Origin: Bdellovibrionales bacterium
Lineage (GTDB): Bacteria; Bdellovibrionota; Bdellovibrionia; Bdellovibrionales; JAUICD01
Length of the DNA stretch: 64,000 nt
Direction of reading: 5' to 3'
NCBI GenBank assembly: GCA_965197425.1
Contig: CBDANC010000013.1
Coordinates: forward strand, 226,243 to 290,242
Numbering within the stretch: the stretch's first letter is position 1; the number at the start of each line of letters is the position of its first letter. This document shows positions 28,023 through 37,761 of this stretch, piece after piece. The translations under genes were made by a program, and so were the position numbers. Below the pieces are notes generated by a model. The model saw nothing but the letters and a program-made list of their open reading frames with translations, searched no databases and was not told where the DNA came from.

Positions 28023-29090
28023 ATGGTAAGGTTAGAGACATTTTTTTTAGGACTGTTTGCAGCAGGTGTTCTGGTAGGTTTTGTGGCCTGTGCTGAGGTT
28101 GAATTTGGAAGTACAGTTTTGTACGACCGAAAAAACTACGAAAAAGTAGTGCCTCCAAACATGGTTGATATACTAGTCGTCGTAGATAACTCAGGCTCAA
28201 TGGCAGATGAACAGACAAAACTAAGACAAGGATTTAATGGGTTTTTAAGCTATCTATCTACATCTGGATTTAATTATAAAGTAGGGGTAGTTACAACATA
28301 CCTTGATTCTAACCCCTCAGCGAACCAAAATATTAGAACTGGTAACTTCTATGAAGTAATTGATGATATAAAAAATAATGAAACTAACATCTGCCCATCC
28401 CTCGGTTGCCCACCACAAAATATGCAACAGGCAAGGCTGTATGGAAAAGAAAGAGGTATAGAAAGAGCTATAGCTGCTATCAAAGGCAATAGAAGCTTTT
28501 TCAGAGATCAAGCAGAGCTTGTGGTCATATTTTTAAGTGATGAAGATAGCGGATGCGAATATACAGATTATGATAACTTTATTTGTGAACAATATTTTAG
28601 TGATCATCAAAATGCAGATGACCTTATGCAAGCAGTAAAATCAAGATTTGGAAATGACAAACACTTCACAGCACACTCCATTGTTGATACAGGGAATAGT
28701 GCATGTGTAAGACCACGCGTTGAATATGAAACTAACAACCCTAGTATAGGAAAATTATACATGGAGGGAAGTAGCGAAACAGGTGGACAGGTTGCATGTA
28801 TTTACACAGATGACTACGACAATGTCTTGAGAAACATTGCCGAAGATATTGCCGTTCGATCAATTCAACTAGAATGTGAGCCTTACGAAAACATAGATGA
28901 AGAAAAATGTTTTGAGCTAGTACTACCAGATGATTACGAAAGCAATGAAGGTCATCCATATGTTGAAGGAAACAAGCTTATACTAGACCCTCCATTAACT
29001 TCTGGCCAAGTGATAAGTCTAGAGTATTGGTGTACGAATTATCAACACAGTGCTACCCCTAATCCTGATATCCCCTGTGTAGAAAACTAA
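28023..29090 (+). CDS. von Willebrand factor A domain lipoprotein
   Basis: ATG at 28023. Signal LGLFAAGVLVGFVAC. MIDAS-like VVVDNSGSM and later IFLSDEDS. Cys-rich C-terminal part. Confidence 0.72.
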   Translation: MVRLETFFLGLFAAGVLVGFVACAEVEFGSTVLYDRKNYEKVVPPNMVDILVVVDNSGSMADEQTKLRQGFNGFLSYLSTSGFNYKVGVVTTYLDSNPSANQNIRTGNFYEVIDDIKNNETNICPSLGCPPQNMQQARLYGKERGIERAIAAIKGNRSFFRDQAELVVIFLSDEDSGCEYTDYDNFICEQYFSDHQNADDLMQAVKSRFGNDKHFTAHSIVDTGNSACVRPRVEYETNNPSIGKLYMEGSSETGGQVACIYTDDYDNVLRNIAEDIAVRSIQLECEPYENIDEEKCFELVLPDDYESNEGHPYVEGNKLILDPPLTSGQVISLEYWCTNYQHSATPNPDIPCVEN

Positions 29091-30381
29091 TACGATTTCT
29101 AAGTAGAATAAAAAACAAGGTGTATAACCAAGCTGTCCATACAAAATCAATGTGTGTACTCACAAAAGCAAAAATTGTTACCGGTATCAAAAGTACTTTG
29201 CTAATTGATTTTAATATTTTGTTTTCTCTAGCCAGCCTTGCCATGTGTGGCGAGTATTTATAATATCCATCCACTATTCGTTTTCCTATATTTGATCCTA
29301 AAAGTTTTTTATCTCTAAATTTTCTAAGAATTCCAATAGACGGAGATAAACTACTGGCATTTGCGGTTTCCATAATAAAGCACCGATCTGAATCTCCAAA
29401 TATACCATACACATCATCCGGTGTAGCTGTATGGTATCTATCTTCACAAGAAGTGTTCGGAGTAAAAAGACCCACATTACCCGACTCGTCTACTAAAGCT
29501 AGCTTGAAGACATATTGTTTTTTATTTTCAAAACCTGAAAAAAAAGTTTTGTCTACCTTAAAACCACCTTCACCATCTAGTTCGAGAATATTGGTTGAAA
29601 CATATCCGGAGTTATTTTGTATCTTATAGACATCATTACATCCAGAATTACTTTCTATGTAGTAAAGGCGTATTTCATTAAAATTGATTAGCCCTTTGTA
29701 GGATGGAAAAGTACCAAGAACATTCATACCCTCTTCAAAGTCATCATATACATCCGTTTCATTATCTAACAAATAGACCTTTCCATCTCCAGGGTATATC
29801 TGAAACTCAGATATACCGTTTTCCGTTGTTTGCATATCTACAACATCTTCCATGTTAGATACGGTTATATTAATGGCTACACTGTGTTCATTAGCACTAA
29901 GCATACCATCATCGTCTGCATCTAACCCAACATAGATTGTGCCTTTTGCATCGTCCGAATCACAATTACTATTTCCAACAATATATGTACAAAGAATATT
30001 CCATCGTATAGATATGAAGGAAGCACTACTACTTTCTTCTCCTTCAGATACGGATGGTTTCAAATTAGTGTCTTTTTCCCTGTTGGTGATAATAGGGAAA
30101 CCAGGAGAAGATTTGCTAAAATTTATAGATAAACTACCTCCTAAATCATTAATTCTATTTTCATTACAAGATCCTATCCTTTGCTCTGTAATTACATGCC
30201 CTGTACAATTATCACATGTACTTTCATTACCCCTACAATCCACACCTGAGGTTCCTGCAAAAACTTTAACCGTATTTTCATCAATTAAATAATTTGATGC
30301 TCCCGAAATAGACACTATTTCTATATTTGCATCTACCTCTACTGTTAATAAAAAAAATGAAAGCAAAAAATAAAATGGCAT
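29059..30381 (-). CDS. exported protein with CFI-box-like C-terminal membrane anchor
   Basis: 440 aa. Signal peptide, Cys-rich N-terminal region. C-terminus reads CFIMETANASSLSPSIGILRKFRDKKLL...YYKYSPHMA followed by TM segments. This resembles the CFIATAAYGS...LRxFRDxxLL...YYxxSPxxA anchor as I remember it. Confidence 0.6.
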   Translation of the reverse strand: MPFYFLLSFFLLTVEVDANIEIVSISGASNYLIDENTVKVFAGTSGVDCRGNESTCDNCTGHVITEQRIGSCNENRINDLGGSLSINFSKSSPGFPIITNREKDTNLKPSVSEGEESSSASFISIRWNILCTYIVGNSNCDSDDAKGTIYVGLDADDDGMLSANEHSVAINITVSNMEDVVDMQTTENGISEFQIYPGDGKVYLLDNETDVYDDFEEGMNVLGTFPSYKGLINFNEIRLYYIESNSGCNDVYKIQNNSGYVSTNILELDGEGGFKVDKTFFSGFENKKQYVFKLALVDESGNVGLFTPNTSCEDRYHTATPDDVYGIFGDSDRCFIMETANASSLSPSIGILRKFRDKKLLGSNIGKRIVDGYYKYSPHMARLARENKILKSISKVLLIPVTIFAFVSTHIDFVWTAWLYTLFFILLRNRISFLHRGYQD

Positions 30382-30876
30382 TTAATATTCCCTTTTTTCT
30401 TTTTCCACCCTATAAGACTTAGAAGTACTTTCTTCTAAAATGTGTAAGTTTTTTAGAAGCTCTGTTTCAATAGCTTGGCTTTGTAGTAGAATTTTTTGTT
30501 TTTGTTTATCTCTATTTTTAATATAATCATTCCTGACTTTTTTGTACTGCTCAAGCCATACAAGTTTTTCTTTATTGTGTAGTTCTTCTAGTTTTGACAA
30601 ATCTTTTTTAGATTTTCTTAATTTAAACTGTTCTTTTATGGCATTTTTGTAGTACTCTTTCATTTTTTCTTTATGCTTCTTATGTTCTGCTATATTTACT
30701 TTGAGTTTTTTCGCTTTGCTGTTTTTATTTTTTAGATATTCGACATAATTTTTGTCATTGTTAGCTCTCATCTCTTGTTCTATATCATCGAACTTTAGAT
30801 CAGAGTAAACATTTGGTATTAACAAGATAAAAATTATAAACCACATACCACAATATAACACTCTACTTTTATGCAT
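30382..30876 (-). CDS. Lys-rich coiled-coil protein with N-terminal membrane/signal segment
   Basis: 164 aa. Hydrophobic MWFIIFILLIPNVYS followed by a highly charged K/E-rich helix. Its stop directly abuts the ATG of 29059-30381. Confidence 0.55.
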   Translation of the reverse strand: MHKSRVLYCGMWFIIFILLIPNVYSDLKFDDIEQEMRANNDKNYVEYLKNKNSKAKKLKVNIAEHKKHKEKMKEYYKNAIKEQFKLRKSKKDLSKLEELHNKEKLVWLEQYKKVRNDYIKNRDKQKQKILLQSQAIETELLKNLHILEESTSKSYRVEKEKREY

Positions 30877-30920
30877 TTAAACTAACTTGACTTCTCAAGG
30901 TGTTATACAATACGAAAGTC

Positions 30921-33059
30921 TTAAATGTAAGCTCTACAAACCCCTTTGTTTTTTTGTGGCCCTGCCAAAATCTCAAGGTCATTATCCTTATATGACACCA
31001 AATAATTGCCTTTAGTTATAATACCTTCTAGCATTTTTTTAGAAATCTTAGTTTCTAGCTCTCTTTGTAAAACCCTTTTTAGTGGTCTTGCACCATATAC
31101 TGGATCATAACCTTTTTCCAAAAAATAATCTTTAGCACTATCATCCAACTCTAAGTATATCTCTTTGTCCTCTAATCTTTTTGCCATTTCTAAAAATAGA
31201 ATTTCTAGAATTTCTGTTAATTCTTTTTTTCTTAGAGGTGCAAATAATATTATCTCATCTACTCTATTTAAAAATTCAGGCCTTAATTCTCTACTAAGTT
31301 CATCAAATACCTCTGTTTTTATATCTTCTGTTATTTTGTCTTTGCATTTAAGCAAACTATGCGCACCTAAATTTGAAGTCATTATTATTACAGTATTCTT
31401 GAAATCTACTTTTCTTCCTTGAGAGTCTGTGACAGAACCATAATCTAAAATTTGAAGCAGTATATTTAACACATCTCTGTGAGCTTTTTCTAGCTCATCA
31501 AACAAAACAATAGAGTACGGGTTTCTCCTTACTGTCTCTGTTAGTTTTCCTCCTTCATCATATCCTACATATCCTGGGGGTGCTCCTACTAACCGGCTTA
31601 CAGAGTGTTTTTCCATGTATTCACTCATATCAATTCTTATAATATTCTCTTCACTATCCAGAAGCTCTGATGCTAAAGCTTTTGCAAGCTCTGTTTTTCC
31701 GACCCCTGTAGGTCCTAGGAAAATAAATGACCCAATAGGTTTGTTTGGATCTTTTATTCCAGATCTTGCTCTAATTATACTGTCTGATACAAATTGAACT
31801 GCCTGGTCTTGGCCTACAATTTTCCGATGTAATCTTTCAGAAAGATTTAATAATCGCTCACGATCTTCTTTTAATAAATTAGTAACAGGTATACCTGTCC
31901 ATCTAGACACAACTTCAGCAATGTTATGTTGTGTTACAGATTCAAATATCATCTCTAGATTTGATTCTGTTTCTGCTGCCTCTAGTTTTTTTAATAAACT
32001 TGGAAGAAGGCCAAATTTTAATTCAGCAACTTTTGCCAAATTATATTCTCTTTCATACTGCGTAATCTCTTTTTTTGTATCTTCTATTTGTTTTCTGAGA
32101 TCCGTTATCTTTTTTAGTTCTTGTTTTTCTTTTTTCCATTGTTTTTCAAGAGAAGAGACTTGTTCTTTTGTAGATTTTAATTCATCTTCTACATCTTTTA
32201 ATCTTTCGATACCTGCTTTGTCTGTTTCATTTTTTAAAGCTCTTTTTTCTATTTCAAGTTGCATAAGTTTTCTGGTTTTTATATCAAGCTCGTTTGGCAT
32301 TGAGTACAGCTCTGTTCTGATTACTGCACAGGCTTCATCTACCAGATCAATCGCTTTATCTGGTAAAAATCTATCAAGTATGTATCTGTCGGATAGTTTG
32401 GCCGCAGCCACCAACGCTGAATCTTGAATTTTAACCCCATGATAAACTTCAAATCTCTCTTTTAACCCTCTTAAAATTGAAATAGAGTCCTCTACAGATG
32501 GTGCTTTAACTACGACAGGTTGAAATCTTCTTTCTAAAGCCTTATCTTTTTCAATATATTGTCTATATTCATCTAATGTTGTTGCTCCAATACAATGAAG
32601 CTCACCTCTAGCAAGCATAGGTTTAAGAATTTGTCCTGCGTCCATAGCCCCATTTGTTTTTCCAGCTCCTACTATGGTGTGTAACTCATCGATAAATAAA
32701 ATGATCCCACCGTGAGAATTTTTAACCTCTTCTAAAACACTCTTCAGACGCTCTTCAAACTCTCCCATAAATTTTGCACCTGCAACAAGTGAGCTTATTT
32801 CTAGGGAAATTACCTTTTTATTTTTAAGACTATCTGGTACATCTTCTTTTAGAATTCTCTGTGCTACGCCAGTGGCGATAGCTGTTTTTCCAACACCAGG
32901 CTCTCCTATTAATACAGGATTATTTTTTGTTTTTCTGGATAAAACTCTAATAACCCTCTTTATCTCTTCATTTCTGCCAATCACCGGATCCAACTTGCCT
33001 TCCGCAGCAAGCTTTACTAGATTTTGACCGTATTTTTCACACTTTGTCTCTTCATCCAT
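30921..33059 (-). CDS. clpB: ClpB-type disaggregase lacking the N-terminal domain
   Basis: 712 aa. Starts at the equivalent of the linker before NBD1 ([39 protein letters not shown]). Long M-domain coiled coil. NBD2 [15 protein letters not shown]. No Clp_N repeats. Confidence 0.9.
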   Translation of the reverse strand: MDEETKCEKYGQNLVKLAAEGKLDPVIGRNEEIKRVIRVLSRKTKNNPVLIGEPGVGKTAIATGVAQRILKEDVPDSLKNKKVISLEISSLVAGAKFMGEFEERLKSVLEEVKNSHGGIILFIDELHTIVGAGKTNGAMDAGQILKPMLARGELHCIGATTLDEYRQYIEKDKALERRFQPVVVKAPSVEDSISILRGLKERFEVYHGVKIQDSALVAAAKLSDRYILDRFLPDKAIDLVDEACAVIRTELYSMPNELDIKTRKLMQLEIEKRALKNETDKAGIERLKDVEDELKSTKEQVSSLEKQWKKEKQELKKITDLRKQIEDTKKEITQYEREYNLAKVAELKFGLLPSLLKKLEAAETESNLEMIFESVTQHNIAEVVSRWTGIPVTNLLKEDRERLLNLSERLHRKIVGQDQAVQFVSDSIIRARSGIKDPNKPIGSFIFLGPTGVGKTELAKALASELLDSEENIIRIDMSEYMEKHSVSRLVGAPPGYVGYDEGGKLTETVRRNPYSIVLFDELEKAHRDVLNILLQILDYGSVTDSQGRKVDFKNTVIIMTSNLGAHSLLKCKDKITEDIKTEVFDELSRELRPEFLNRVDEIILFAPLRKKELTEILEILFLEMAKRLEDKEIYLELDDSAKDYFLEKGYDPVYGARPLKRVLQRELETKISKKMLEGIITKGNYLVSYKDNDLEILAGPQKNKGVCRAYI

Positions 33060-33097
33060 AGGTTAGAATGTGTGTATTGATGCTGTGTATGTCAAGA

Positions 33098-33200
33098 CAT
33101 CAGGTGATCGGGCAGGCGGACAACCAGGCAATCGGGCAATCAGGGGTCAGGCAAACTGGCAATAGTCTCCTTTTTTAAAAAATATTTCCTCCCAGATAAA
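33098..33200 (+). repeat. GGCAAT-motif array plus A/T tract and TCCTCCCA block (B-element copy)
   Basis: caggcaatcgggcaatcaggggtcaggcaaactggcaat followed by ttttttaaaaaatatttcctccca. Parallels the reverse complement of 6695-6790. Lies directly upstream of the four-helix-bundle gene and beyond the clpB start. Confidence 0.7.
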
Positions 33201-33244
33201 AACTATGGAACAAATATTTTTTCTAAAAAAGGAGATAATATACT

Positions 33245-33538
33245 ATGAAAAAATTAAGAACATACCAATTAGCAATGGATTTCTATAAAAATTCCAGAAA
33301 TCTCTACCTGAAGGAACCATTGAAAAATCAATTCCAAAGAGCAGCCTTAAGTGTTGTACTCAATTTAGCAGAAGGGAGTGCAAAGCCAACAGCTAAAGAT
33401 AGAAGAAAATATTATAGAACCAGCCTCGGTTCACTTAGAGAAATGCAAGCAATATTAAATATTATAAGCCATAGGAATCTAACAGAAGAAGCGGATAAAC
33501 TTGGAGGATATCTATACAAATTGTGTAAGAATACATAG
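33245..33538 (+). CDS. four-helix-bundle protein (23S rRNA intervening-sequence protein family)
   Basis: 97 aa. The pattern Y.LA..FY......L.......Q..RAA.SV.LN.AEG.....KD...Y...SLGSL.E....L is typical of the family. Confidence 0.75.
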   Translation: MKKLRTYQLAMDFYKNSRNLYLKEPLKNQFQRAALSVVLNLAEGSAKPTAKDRRKYYRTSLGSLREMQAILNIISHRNLTEEADKLGGYLYKLCKNT

Positions 33539-33568
33539 GATAGGTCGGGTAGGAGGGCAAACAGTACT

Positions 33569-34132
33569 TTATATGGCTACGACACCTGCTATATCTGGAA
33601 TATGTTTTTTTAACGCTCTTTCCACACCACCTTTTAGAGTAGCAGTAGAGCTGGGACATCCGGAGCAAGCACCTATAAGATCAAGGTATAGAATTCTGTC
33701 TTGATATTTCTTAAAAATTATATCTCCACCATCCATCATTACAGCCGGTCTTATATGATTATTTAAAATATTTTTGATTAGTTTCACCTCATCCGTATCA
33801 TCGTCTAAAACTTTATTTTCGTCGCAATCTTCATCGGGTGTTAATTTTATGACAGGTTCTTTGGACTGAATATGTTCTAGTAAAATTTGTGCAAGTGGTT
33901 CTTGTATTATTTCCCAATCAACCCAATCTTGTTTGTTGACCGAAACAAAGTTTGGACCAATCAAAACTGATTCTGCCCATGGAAAACCAAATATTTTCAT
34001 TGCTAAAGGAGAGTTTCCAGCATCAAGAGATTCTCTGTATTCAATAGTTCTGTCAGAGATAGCAGTATTAAACACAAATTTTTTTGAACTAGGGTTAGGG
34101 GTATCTTCTACTGTTATGTTGATTTGTTCCAT
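33569..34132 (-). CDS. NifU/Nfu-type Fe-S cluster scaffold or carrier
   Basis: Nfu_N-like N-terminal half (TPNPSSKKF) and a C-terminal NifU domain with the CSGCPSS motif. ATG at 34132. Confidence 0.85.
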   Translation of the reverse strand: MEQINITVEDTPNPSSKKFVFNTAISDRTIEYRESLDAGNSPLAMKIFGFPWAESVLIGPNFVSVNKQDWVDWEIIQEPLAQILLEHIQSKEPVIKLTPDEDCDENKVLDDDTDEVKLIKNILNNHIRPAVMMDGGDIIFKKYQDRILYLDLIGACSGCPSSTATLKGGVERALKKHIPDIAGVVAI

Positions 34133-34396
34133 ATAAGCCTCTCGTCCAGCCAATTTTACAGACTAGGACAATCTATAAACACAAACATAAAAATTGGCAA
34201 GCTTAAAGTAGGTTACACTTTAAAAGTAAAGTAAAAATGACGATAGACTAAAGACATGGTTTGTAGTTGTTGTTTCAAATCAAGACTGTTTTTTGGTATA
34301 GCCTCAGTTTCAATTTGATTTAAAATCGCATCAAACTGTGTTCAAATTATATAGTTGATATTTGTAGGAATTACAAGACTTAAGGGTTATGAGATT

Positions 34397-36121
34397 ATGA
34401 AGCGTTTTTATTCTCTAGGTTTGATATTATTTGCATCTTTGTTTCTTCCAAACTGTGCAATGGATCAAGAATTCGAATATTATGAAAATTATCAGTCTTC
34501 CAGAAGTGATGCAGCTTTCGTACAATCGAAATCCAACATTAGACAATCTCATGTTAATACCCTGAACAGGCTAAGAGAAAGACAAAGACGATTAAGACAA
34601 GCAAGTGTTGGAGGTCGAAGATCCAACACTGTGGTCTACACCACCACCACAACCAATAGGACAGTAGCTAGGCCATTTCGACACCTAGAAGTACAAAACG
34701 AGTCAACTTATATAGCCACCCCAAACCTTATAGGTAGAGGAGCTCCAAATGTCGGCACTAACATTGATAGGAGTAACAATTTGCTAGCTACACTTGGACT
34801 TGAAGTTGCTGAGTACGAAAGAGCAATGAGCCTATCAAATGCCAATGGATATGATAAGTATCAAACAATTAAAGTAAAACTGTTTCCTATCGAAAAAATA
34901 CGTGGTCGTGCCTATGCACCCTATCCTTGGGTTCATGAGCAAAATTTTAGAGATGTAACACTAGAAAACAACAATTCTTTTAAAGTGCTTGAAGTAAATA
35001 TGTCAGATGGAAAGGTCGTTAAGGATTTTGGACTTTTTCAAAAAATAAAGTTTGAATTTGGCATGCCACTAGATCAACTATCAAATCAAAATAAAGCTCT
35101 TTTATACCGAGAACTCTCTTCACCGCACCCAACACTGACGATTGATTTAAGTACACTGGCTAATAGTGAAGAATCCTCAGATCCTGAGTACAAAACAACC
35201 TCTCTAGTTATCAGTCCGAATGAAAAACCTGATGATAATGCTATTGAAGCTGATGGCACAAGAAAAAGTGAGGAAGAGTACATATCAGCAGGGTTTAGTG
35301 TAATTAGATGGGATGGTATCAGAAGATCAAATGGATCAACCCCAAGTGAACAAAGCTATTTTTATAGAGGGGATTTTGAGGTAGCATATGCACACAGATA
35401 CCGAACTGTCAGAGACAGAAGAATTTGGACAATAATAAATCTTATTGATGTAGAGGATTATATTTACTCCGTAGCCTCTAAAGAACTTGGCCAAGCTGTT
35501 ATTAGCACAGAAGGTGCAGAGAACGCAAGAAGGGCACAGGTAATAGCATCTAGAACATACACAGTTCTACAAGCTGATCAAGCCAGAACAGGCTCTATAC
35601 CAAGACTTTGGGATCTACTCCCTACCACAGTTAATCAGGCTTATTTAGGGGTTGAAGCAGAAAAAGGGCCATATAGGGAAGACGTGGAGAGTACTAGGTA
35701 TGAAATCTTGGGTACAAGGAGCAGAGGGGATAAAGCCAGATTATCTTCTGCAAATTACTTTGGATGTACAGAGACAAGGACACTTTATCCACAAGGTTGT
35801 CAACCAAGTGGAAGAGGTTGCATTCCAGAACAGAAACCAAGGATTGTGCCTGGTACTATAAGTTGTGACTATGCTAGAAGGCAATTATCCACAAGGCGTG
35901 ATTTTGAAGGAGAGGTAGTTGCATACGGACATGGTAGGGGTATGTGCCAATTATGTGCATTACATTTAGCCACCACAGGATGGGATGATAGCACTAGGAG
36001 GCCGTCTGAAGATGCAACTTATCCAGAAAATTACAATGATTCTTGGGATCACGAGAATATCTTAAAGTACTTTTATGATGATTCAGATATTTATAAACTT
36101 ACCGATTCAGACTTAGAATAA
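34397..36121 (+). CDS. SpoIID/LytB-domain lipoprotein with long N-terminal extension
   Basis: Signal LILFASLFLPNC. C-terminal half has SpoIID-like blocks (YIYSVASKELG, AQVIASRTYTV, YGHGRGMCQLCA). Confidence 0.72.
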   Translation: MKRFYSLGLILFASLFLPNCAMDQEFEYYENYQSSRSDAAFVQSKSNIRQSHVNTLNRLRERQRRLRQASVGGRRSNTVVYTTTTTNRTVARPFRHLEVQNESTYIATPNLIGRGAPNVGTNIDRSNNLLATLGLEVAEYERAMSLSNANGYDKYQTIKVKLFPIEKIRGRAYAPYPWVHEQNFRDVTLENNNSFKVLEVNMSDGKVVKDFGLFQKIKFEFGMPLDQLSNQNKALLYRELSSPHPTLTIDLSTLANSEESSDPEYKTTSLVISPNEKPDDNAIEADGTRKSEEEYISAGFSVIRWDGIRRSNGSTPSEQSYFYRGDFEVAYAHRYRTVRDRRIWTIINLIDVEDYIYSVASKELGQAVISTEGAENARRAQVIASRTYTVLQADQARTGSIPRLWDLLPTTVNQAYLGVEAEKGPYREDVESTRYEILGTRSRGDKARLSSANYFGCTETRTLYPQGCQPSGRGCIPEQKPRIVPGTISCDYARRQLSTRRDFEGEVVAYGHGRGMCQLCALHLATTGWDDSTRRPSEDATYPENYNDSWDHENILKYFYDDSDIYKLTDSDLE

Positions 36122-36180
36122 TAAAGGGCTAGTGTTTTAAAATTTATGTTAAAAACTCTATATGCTATACTTGGTAAGTT

Positions 36181-37692
36181 ATGAAAGTTGTATCTTGTAT
36201 AATTGCAATCCTTATAGCTCTTGTATATTTCAAGTATCATCAAAATGATCCTCCCATTGAGGACGATACTTTGAGTTACTTAGAGAGCTTACCGAGATTA
36301 AAACAAATACATGAGAGAAATATTTTAAAACTGATAAGCAACAAAATAGATCTAGACCCTACAAAAAAAGATTCTGGTTTCCTGGCAGCACAAAAAGATT
36401 TAAAAAAACCAAAATCACAAAAACAATCAAAAACTCAAACTTGGATATTAGAAAAAAAAGTTAAAGAACTGGAGCGCGCAATTAAAACTCTAGATTTAGG
36501 ATTGGAACAATACAAAGCCGTTAGAGTGAAGATTTTTCCTGTTGAAAGAATAAGAAACATTAAAAGTTCCTATACCATAATCTCCAAAGAAGAAATGAAG
36601 TTCATATCAATAGAAAGTATAAACTCACTTGATGTTAATGAAGTTGACTGGACAAATGGGAATATTGTCAAAAAGTACGGCGAGTTTAAAAAAATAGATA
36701 TTCATTTTGGTAACCCAACAAACCTACTATCTCCAGAAAATAAATTAATTTTAATAAAGGACACATTTAGTAGCTTAGGAAAAGAAGAGTTGACACTGGA
36801 TAAACTAATCTCGTCATCAACTTCCATAAGAATAACCCCTGTTATCGCTGAAAGACCAGAGTCCATTGCATATGGATCAAGTAACGATGAATATTACAAG
36901 ACAGGGTTTAGCAGAGTAACTTGGGGCAATAATAAAAAATATTTTTACCGAGGCAGTTTTGATGTAACTTATGCACACAGATACTTATCTGGGATATCTA
37001 GAATATGGACAGTGGTAAACTTAGTTGGCATGTACGATTATATGCATTCGGTTGCATCACAAGAACTTAAACAGGCAAAAGGGAATATCGAAGCGAAGAA
37101 AGCTCAAACCATAGCTGCTAGAACATATGCAGTATTAAAAGCAGGTCAGGCTAGAACAAAAAAGTATAGCCCCAGAATGTGGGATTTATTGCCCACAACA
37201 GCACATCAAATATACTTAGGAGCAAAGGCAGAGATAATACTTTTTGAAGATGCTATTAAAAAAACAAGAAATAAAATTTTGGTTGTGGATACTAAAAAAG
37301 GCTTAAGGCCAGCATTTACAGAATATTTTGGTTGCACGAATCAAAGAACCTTAGATGACCATAATCCACCCAGAATGGATATGCTCATAGAGCAAGAACC
37401 CAGAAATGTCCCTTCTGTTGTAGATTGTGGATATGCTAGAACACAGATCAGAATAAAAAAAGATGTTGTTGGAAAAATTTTGGCATATGGACACGGTAGG
37501 GGTATGTGCCAAAAGTGTGCTATTCATCTAGCTAAAGATGGATGGAATGATAATAACAAAGAACCTACCAAAAAAGACGCTTTCTTGCCTACAGACATAA
37601 GGTCACCCTGGATGCATGACGCAATACTTATGTACTTCTATAACCGCACAAGAATAAAAAACATGCATGAAGTAACTTTGGTTTCAAGATAA
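36181..37692 (+). CDS. SpoIID/LytB-domain protein, tandem paralog
   Basis: 503 aa with an N-terminal TM segment. Same blocks as the upstream gene (YMHSVASQELK, AQTIAARTYAV, YGHGRGMCQKCA). Confidence 0.72.
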   Translation: MKVVSCIIAILIALVYFKYHQNDPPIEDDTLSYLESLPRLKQIHERNILKLISNKIDLDPTKKDSGFLAAQKDLKKPKSQKQSKTQTWILEKKVKELERAIKTLDLGLEQYKAVRVKIFPVERIRNIKSSYTIISKEEMKFISIESINSLDVNEVDWTNGNIVKKYGEFKKIDIHFGNPTNLLSPENKLILIKDTFSSLGKEELTLDKLISSSTSIRITPVIAERPESIAYGSSNDEYYKTGFSRVTWGNNKKYFYRGSFDVTYAHRYLSGISRIWTVVNLVGMYDYMHSVASQELKQAKGNIEAKKAQTIAARTYAVLKAGQARTKKYSPRMWDLLPTTAHQIYLGAKAEIILFEDAIKKTRNKILVVDTKKGLRPAFTEYFGCTNQRTLDDHNPPRMDMLIEQEPRNVPSVVDCGYARTQIRIKKDVVGKILAYGHGRGMCQKCAIHLAKDGWNDNNKEPTKKDAFLPTDIRSPWMHDAILMYFYNRTRIKNMHEVTLVSR

Positions 37693-37761
37693 AAACCAAC
37701 ACATTTTTCTTTCTACTTTTGATTATAGTGGGTGTAAGAAACCTTCAAGTTTGGCCACAAG

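Noticed and set aside
31921-32427. 168-aa plus-strand ORF antisense to the ClpB M-domain
   Set aside because: The Ser/Phe-rich low-complexity translation is produced by the reverse complement of GAA/AAG-rich coiled-coil codons. The sense ClpB call is unambiguous.
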